Part shown: positions 61,462 to 64,000 of the stretch, one piece after another
Position numbering within the stretch: the stretch's first letter is position 1
Layout of the letters: the number at the start of each line of letters is the position of its first letter
From: a virus
Lineage: Duplodnaviria > Heunggongvirae > Uroviricota > Caudoviricetes
IMG/VR virus record: IMGVR_UViG_3300043467_001216
DNA length: 64,000 nt
Direction: 5' to 3' (one strand)
Notes under the pieces: generated by a model
What the model was told of the DNA's origin: nothing
Seen by the model: the letters and a program-made list of their open reading frames with translations, nothing else
Databases searched by the model: none
Position numbers and translations under genes: made by a program

Positions 61462-61531
61462 AGCGGAGTAGTGTAATTGGTAACATATTGGATTGTCTCC
61501 TTTGATGTGGGTTCGAGTCCCATCGCCGCAA
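61462..61531 (+). tRNA. tRNA-like RNA 7 (70 nt; poor anticodon stem)
   Basis: D arm GTGT-AATTGGTA-ACAT; T arm GTGGG-TTCGAGT-CCCAT; acceptor has two mismatches; the anticodon region TTGGA-TTGTCTC-CTTTG pairs poorly. Confidence 0.45.
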
Positions 61532-61545
61532 CTAAAATTTAAATT

Positions 61546-62076
61546 ATGAAAACAGTTCTTACATTCTTATTATTACTTGCGTTTAATACATTCGCACAGG
61601 ACGTTACAGTATTGGGTAGAATCTATATTGATACGGCAGTTATGTCACCAACTGAGTATACAACTTGTGATACAACAAAGACACTCAGAATTATGACTGA
61701 TAACGACCTTTCAAATATTGCCTCAGATAGGTTATCCAAAATGTATAGTTTATCTAACGATTATGATAATGAATTTTTAAATGGGGGGTTTGATTTCTGT
61801 AAAAAAGTTGCGGTAGATTCAAGTAAGAATATATTACTAATCTATGTTGATGTTAGTAATAGTTACAAGATAGATGCTATTGAAGCTATTATGGAATATG
61901 TTGATGAAGATAAAGTATTACATAAAGACATTAAAGAACTAACACCTAAAATGATTTACACAAATTATTTCCAAGTGTTTACAAGTACCTCTAAACGTGA
62001 ACACGTTGTGGTTACGTTAGTGTTACCTAATGATGAAAATAAAAAGTATTACTACATAGATACTATACCTGAATAA
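61546..62076 (+). CDS. secreted protein
   Basis: signal peptide MKTVLTFLLLLAFNTFAQ. Confidence 0.6.
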   Translation: MKTVLTFLLLLAFNTFAQDVTVLGRIYIDTAVMSPTEYTTCDTTKTLRIMTDNDLSNIASDRLSKMYSLSNDYDNEFLNGGFDFCKKVAVDSSKNILLIYVDVSNSYKIDAIEAIMEYVDEDKVLHKDIKELTPKMIYTNYFQVFTSTSKREHVVVTLVLPNDENKKYYYIDTIPE

Positions 62077-62079
62077 ATT

Positions 62080-62313
62080 ATGACAAAGAAAGAATTAGTA
62101 GAGATATTAAGTCAGTATGACGATGATATGTTAATCTTGATACCAGGTTATGAAAACGGTTTTAATTTAACTGGTTATGTTACTTCAACACTCGTTATGA
62201 AACGACCTAGAGCTAGTTGGTGGGATGGTGAATATTTGGTATTAAATGATTCACAACTAACACCAAATGGTATATTATTACATCCAAGAGAAAGGGATAA
62301 TGAAAAAGGTTAA
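62080..62313 (+). CDS. hypothetical protein
   Basis: 77-aa ORF. Confidence 0.5.
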   Translation: MTKKELVEILSQYDDDMLILIPGYENGFNLTGYVTSTLVMKRPRASWWDGEYLVLNDSQLTPNGILLHPRERDNEKG

Positions 62314-62593
62314 TATTAAAGGTCGTGAATTCAAGTATATAGTTCAAAATCAATGTAGTGAATATGGTGATTACTATTGGACTGAGTTTTATGAGGAAAC
62401 ATATACTAAAACATATAAAAAGTATTGGTTATTTGGTCCGACATTGACTAAGGAAGAACCAATTGTGTTATTTCAATTATCTTTAAATGTTGAAGACGAG
62501 TATTACACCAAATCAGATATTAGGTCAAAAATTTTAAGACAACTTGAATTGCTGGATAGGAAAGAACAAATTGAAAGAGGTGAATTGATATGA
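62300..62593 (+). CDS. hypothetical protein
   Basis: start moved to ATG 62300 (14-nt overlap). Confidence 0.5.
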   Translation: MKKVNIKGREFKYIVQNQCSEYGDYYWTEFYEETYTKTYKKYWLFGPTLTKEEPIVLFQLSLNVEDEYYTKSDIRSKILRQLELLDRKEQIERGELI

Positions 62594-62961
62594 AAAATCG
62601 TTATAATGATATAATTGATGAGGTGTATGACAAATACGATGAGTTATTTGATTCATATTATCCTGCGTTTAGTGCTCCATATCCAAAAAGATTAACCAAA
62701 GAAGAATTGGTTCAGGAAATAAAGAATGGTGGTAGTGTTCTTAAAGAGTTCCAATTGGATGTTAAGATAACTGAACGTGAGTTGAGTTTGGAGGAAAGGT
62801 TTAATCTAAGATATCCTGGTGGTAAATTCTCGGTATTCCAAGAGAACTACCCCAACACACACAAAAGAAATGACCCAAATGGGTTATTAGATGCTTTCGA
62901 TATCCCCACCAAAAAATATAGACTTGAATATAAAAACGAAATTGTTGAATATTATGAATGA
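62590..62961 (+). CDS. hypothetical protein (paralog A)
   Basis: MKNRYNDIIDEVYDKY...ITERELSLEERFN...YKNEIVEYYE. Confidence 0.6.
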   Translation: MKNRYNDIIDEVYDKYDELFDSYYPAFSAPYPKRLTKEELVQEIKNGGSVLKEFQLDVKITERELSLEERFNLRYPGGKFSVFQENYPNTHKRNDPNGLLDAFDIPTKKYRLEYKNEIVEYYE

Positions 62962-63394
62962 AAGATATAATCAAATAATTGATGAGGTATATAATGGGTA
63001 TTTAGTTCATACTATCTCAGGTGTTGAAAATGGTTTTGATAAAATCAAAGGTTATTTAGATAAATGTTTAGTTGAATTTGATGGTGAGTACGAACATTTT
63101 AATAATCCATCATTTCAATATGGGTATCGTCCACATACACAAGAAGAGTTCGTCAACAAAATCAAAACAGATGATGAGTTTGGTGAAAAGTGGGGTAAAA
63201 TAACTGAACGTGAGTTGAGTTTTAAAGAAAGACAGAACTATGGTATTGATATTCTTGGATATGAGAGCTTATTAGATTATGGTCATTCACAAAATGATGA
63301 TGATATAATATTAGAATTATTAAATATTTGGAATGTTCCCACCAAAGTAATAACACTTGATTATAAAAACGAAATTGTTGAATATTATGAATGA
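62954..63394 (+). CDS. hypothetical protein (paralog B)
   Basis: MNERYNQIIDEVYNGY...ITERELSFKERQN...YKNEIVEYYE; start at ATG 62954. Confidence 0.6.
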   Translation: MNERYNQIIDEVYNGYLVHTISGVENGFDKIKGYLDKCLVEFDGEYEHFNNPSFQYGYRPHTQEEFVNKIKTDDEFGEKWGKITERELSFKERQNYGIDILGYESLLDYGHSQNDDDIILELLNIWNVPTKVITLDYKNEIVEYYE

Positions 63395-63611
63395 CGAAAC
63401 GAGAGTGCTTGACCACATAGATTATAAAGGTTATTGTTATGTATATGAAAGACGACCTGGTAAAAATGGTGAAATATGTTTGGCGACTAAAGACCCTACG
63501 AAATATTGTAATGGTTTTTATTCTTTCTCAAGTAAAGACCCAGGTAGTGGTGTTGCTTTCGTTGTAATTGCTCACGATAATCCAAATGAAGATTGGTATG
63601 AAAATTATTAA
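63387..63611 (+). CDS. hypothetical protein
   Basis: start at ATG 63387 in the repeated junction ATTATGAATGA. Confidence 0.5.
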   Translation: MNDETRVLDHIDYKGYCYVYERRPGKNGEICLATKDPTKYCNGFYSFSSKDPGSGVAFVVIAHDNPNEDWYENY

Positions 63612-63801
63612 TAAATTTAAAGTCGGTGATAAGTTAAAGGCTAGTGATTATGATAAAGAACATCACGGTTTGGAATTTGTAACAATTACCTCAATAAACG
63701 AGGAGAATGAAGTTTACCATTGGGAATCACCTTGTCCTTATTTAGGTGGTAAAATACATTCGGGTTATTTTTTTAATGAAGCGGAAAGTTATGAGTATTG
63801 A
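63598..63801 (+). CDS. hypothetical protein
   Basis: start moved to ATG 63598 (14-nt overlap). Confidence 0.5.
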   Translation: MKIINKFKVGDKLKASDYDKEHHGLEFVTITSINEENEVYHWESPCPYLGGKIHSGYFFNEAESYEY

Positions 63802-63970
63802 AGTTAAAAAATGTGTTGGTGAAATCATTGATACATTATGTGATAGAGGTGGATTCGATGATTGGTGGTATAACCTTGATGATGAGGTTGAAAAAGAAAT
63901 CACCGACAAGTTAGAAGAAATTGTTAAACGAAGATTTGAGAAATACAATGGGGGTAGTGGTAAGTTATAA
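63791..63970 (+). CDS. hypothetical protein
   Basis: start moved to ATG 63791 (11-nt overlap). Confidence 0.5.
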   Translation: MSIEVKKCVGEIIDTLCDRGGFDDWWYNLDDEVEKEITDKLEEIVKRRFEKYNGGSGKL

Positions 63971-64000
63971 AGAAGAAAGATACTCAGGTAGAGTATATGA
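63948..64000 (+). CDS. hypothetical protein, 3' end outside window
   Basis: ATG 63948; frame open to the window end. Confidence 0.3.
   Translation, partial: MGVVVSYKEERYSGRVY

Noticed and set aside
59927-61531. tRNA-like elements as phage attP fragments of host tRNA genes
   Set aside because: Each element has its own matching 5' acceptor strand and D arm rather than only a 3' tRNA fragment. There are seven in tandem and no integrase nearby.
1-64000. Canonical tmRNA, CRISPR arrays, integrase/att sites, reverse transcriptase/DGR and stop-codon reassignment
   Set aside because: No G3:U70 acceptor with an ALAA-type tag ORF was found. No repeat-spacer arrays exist; the repeats at 661-792 and 54096-54279 have no spacers. 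No integrase or RT motifs were seen. The fibre cassette ISATTYQNLP copies are ordinary diverged paralogs. Long structural ORFs are intact under the standard code.

Overview
AT-rich, gene-dense segment of a large dsDNA phage genome. About 130 short-spaced or overlapping genes lie almost all on the + strand. Around 12 minus-strand cassettes are bracketed by bidirectional terminators. Recurring TAnnTTTG boxes in front of genes, lipoprotein signal peptides and a histone-H1-like small protein point to a Bacteroidetes (Flavobacteriia-type) host. Recognisable content: a tail-fibre module (18.9-26.5 kb) with two LamG paralogs and three tandem glycine-rich paralogs; two DNA methyltransferases; a DUF932 protein plus PcfJ-like proteins; full-length DnaJ; thioredoxin and glutaredoxin; a DHH/DHHA1 phosphoesterase; DUF192; SmpB; an SPFH protein; an RmlC-like cupin; two HAD phosphatases; Nudix; a GT8-like glycosyltransferase; an RfaE/TagD-like nucleotidyltransferase; a CobB-type Sir2; two T5orf172 proteins; and several secreted or peptidoglycan-active proteins. 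The most unusual features are: (1) an array at 59.9-61.5 kb of tRNA-shaped RNAs that share a Leu-type acceptor/D/T scaffold, kept by compensatory substitutions, but carry over-long, non-canonical anticodon domains; (2) a phage SmpB with no canonical tmRNA in the window; (3) a promoter-to-terminator sRNA made of two tandem pseudoknot-like units (54.07-54.31 kb); (4) a phage-specific ATATTTAT-type upstream motif linked to a shared N-terminal peptide motif in otherwise unrelated proteins. All calls come from reading the sequence and ORF translations by eye. No database search, covariance model or folding program was run.
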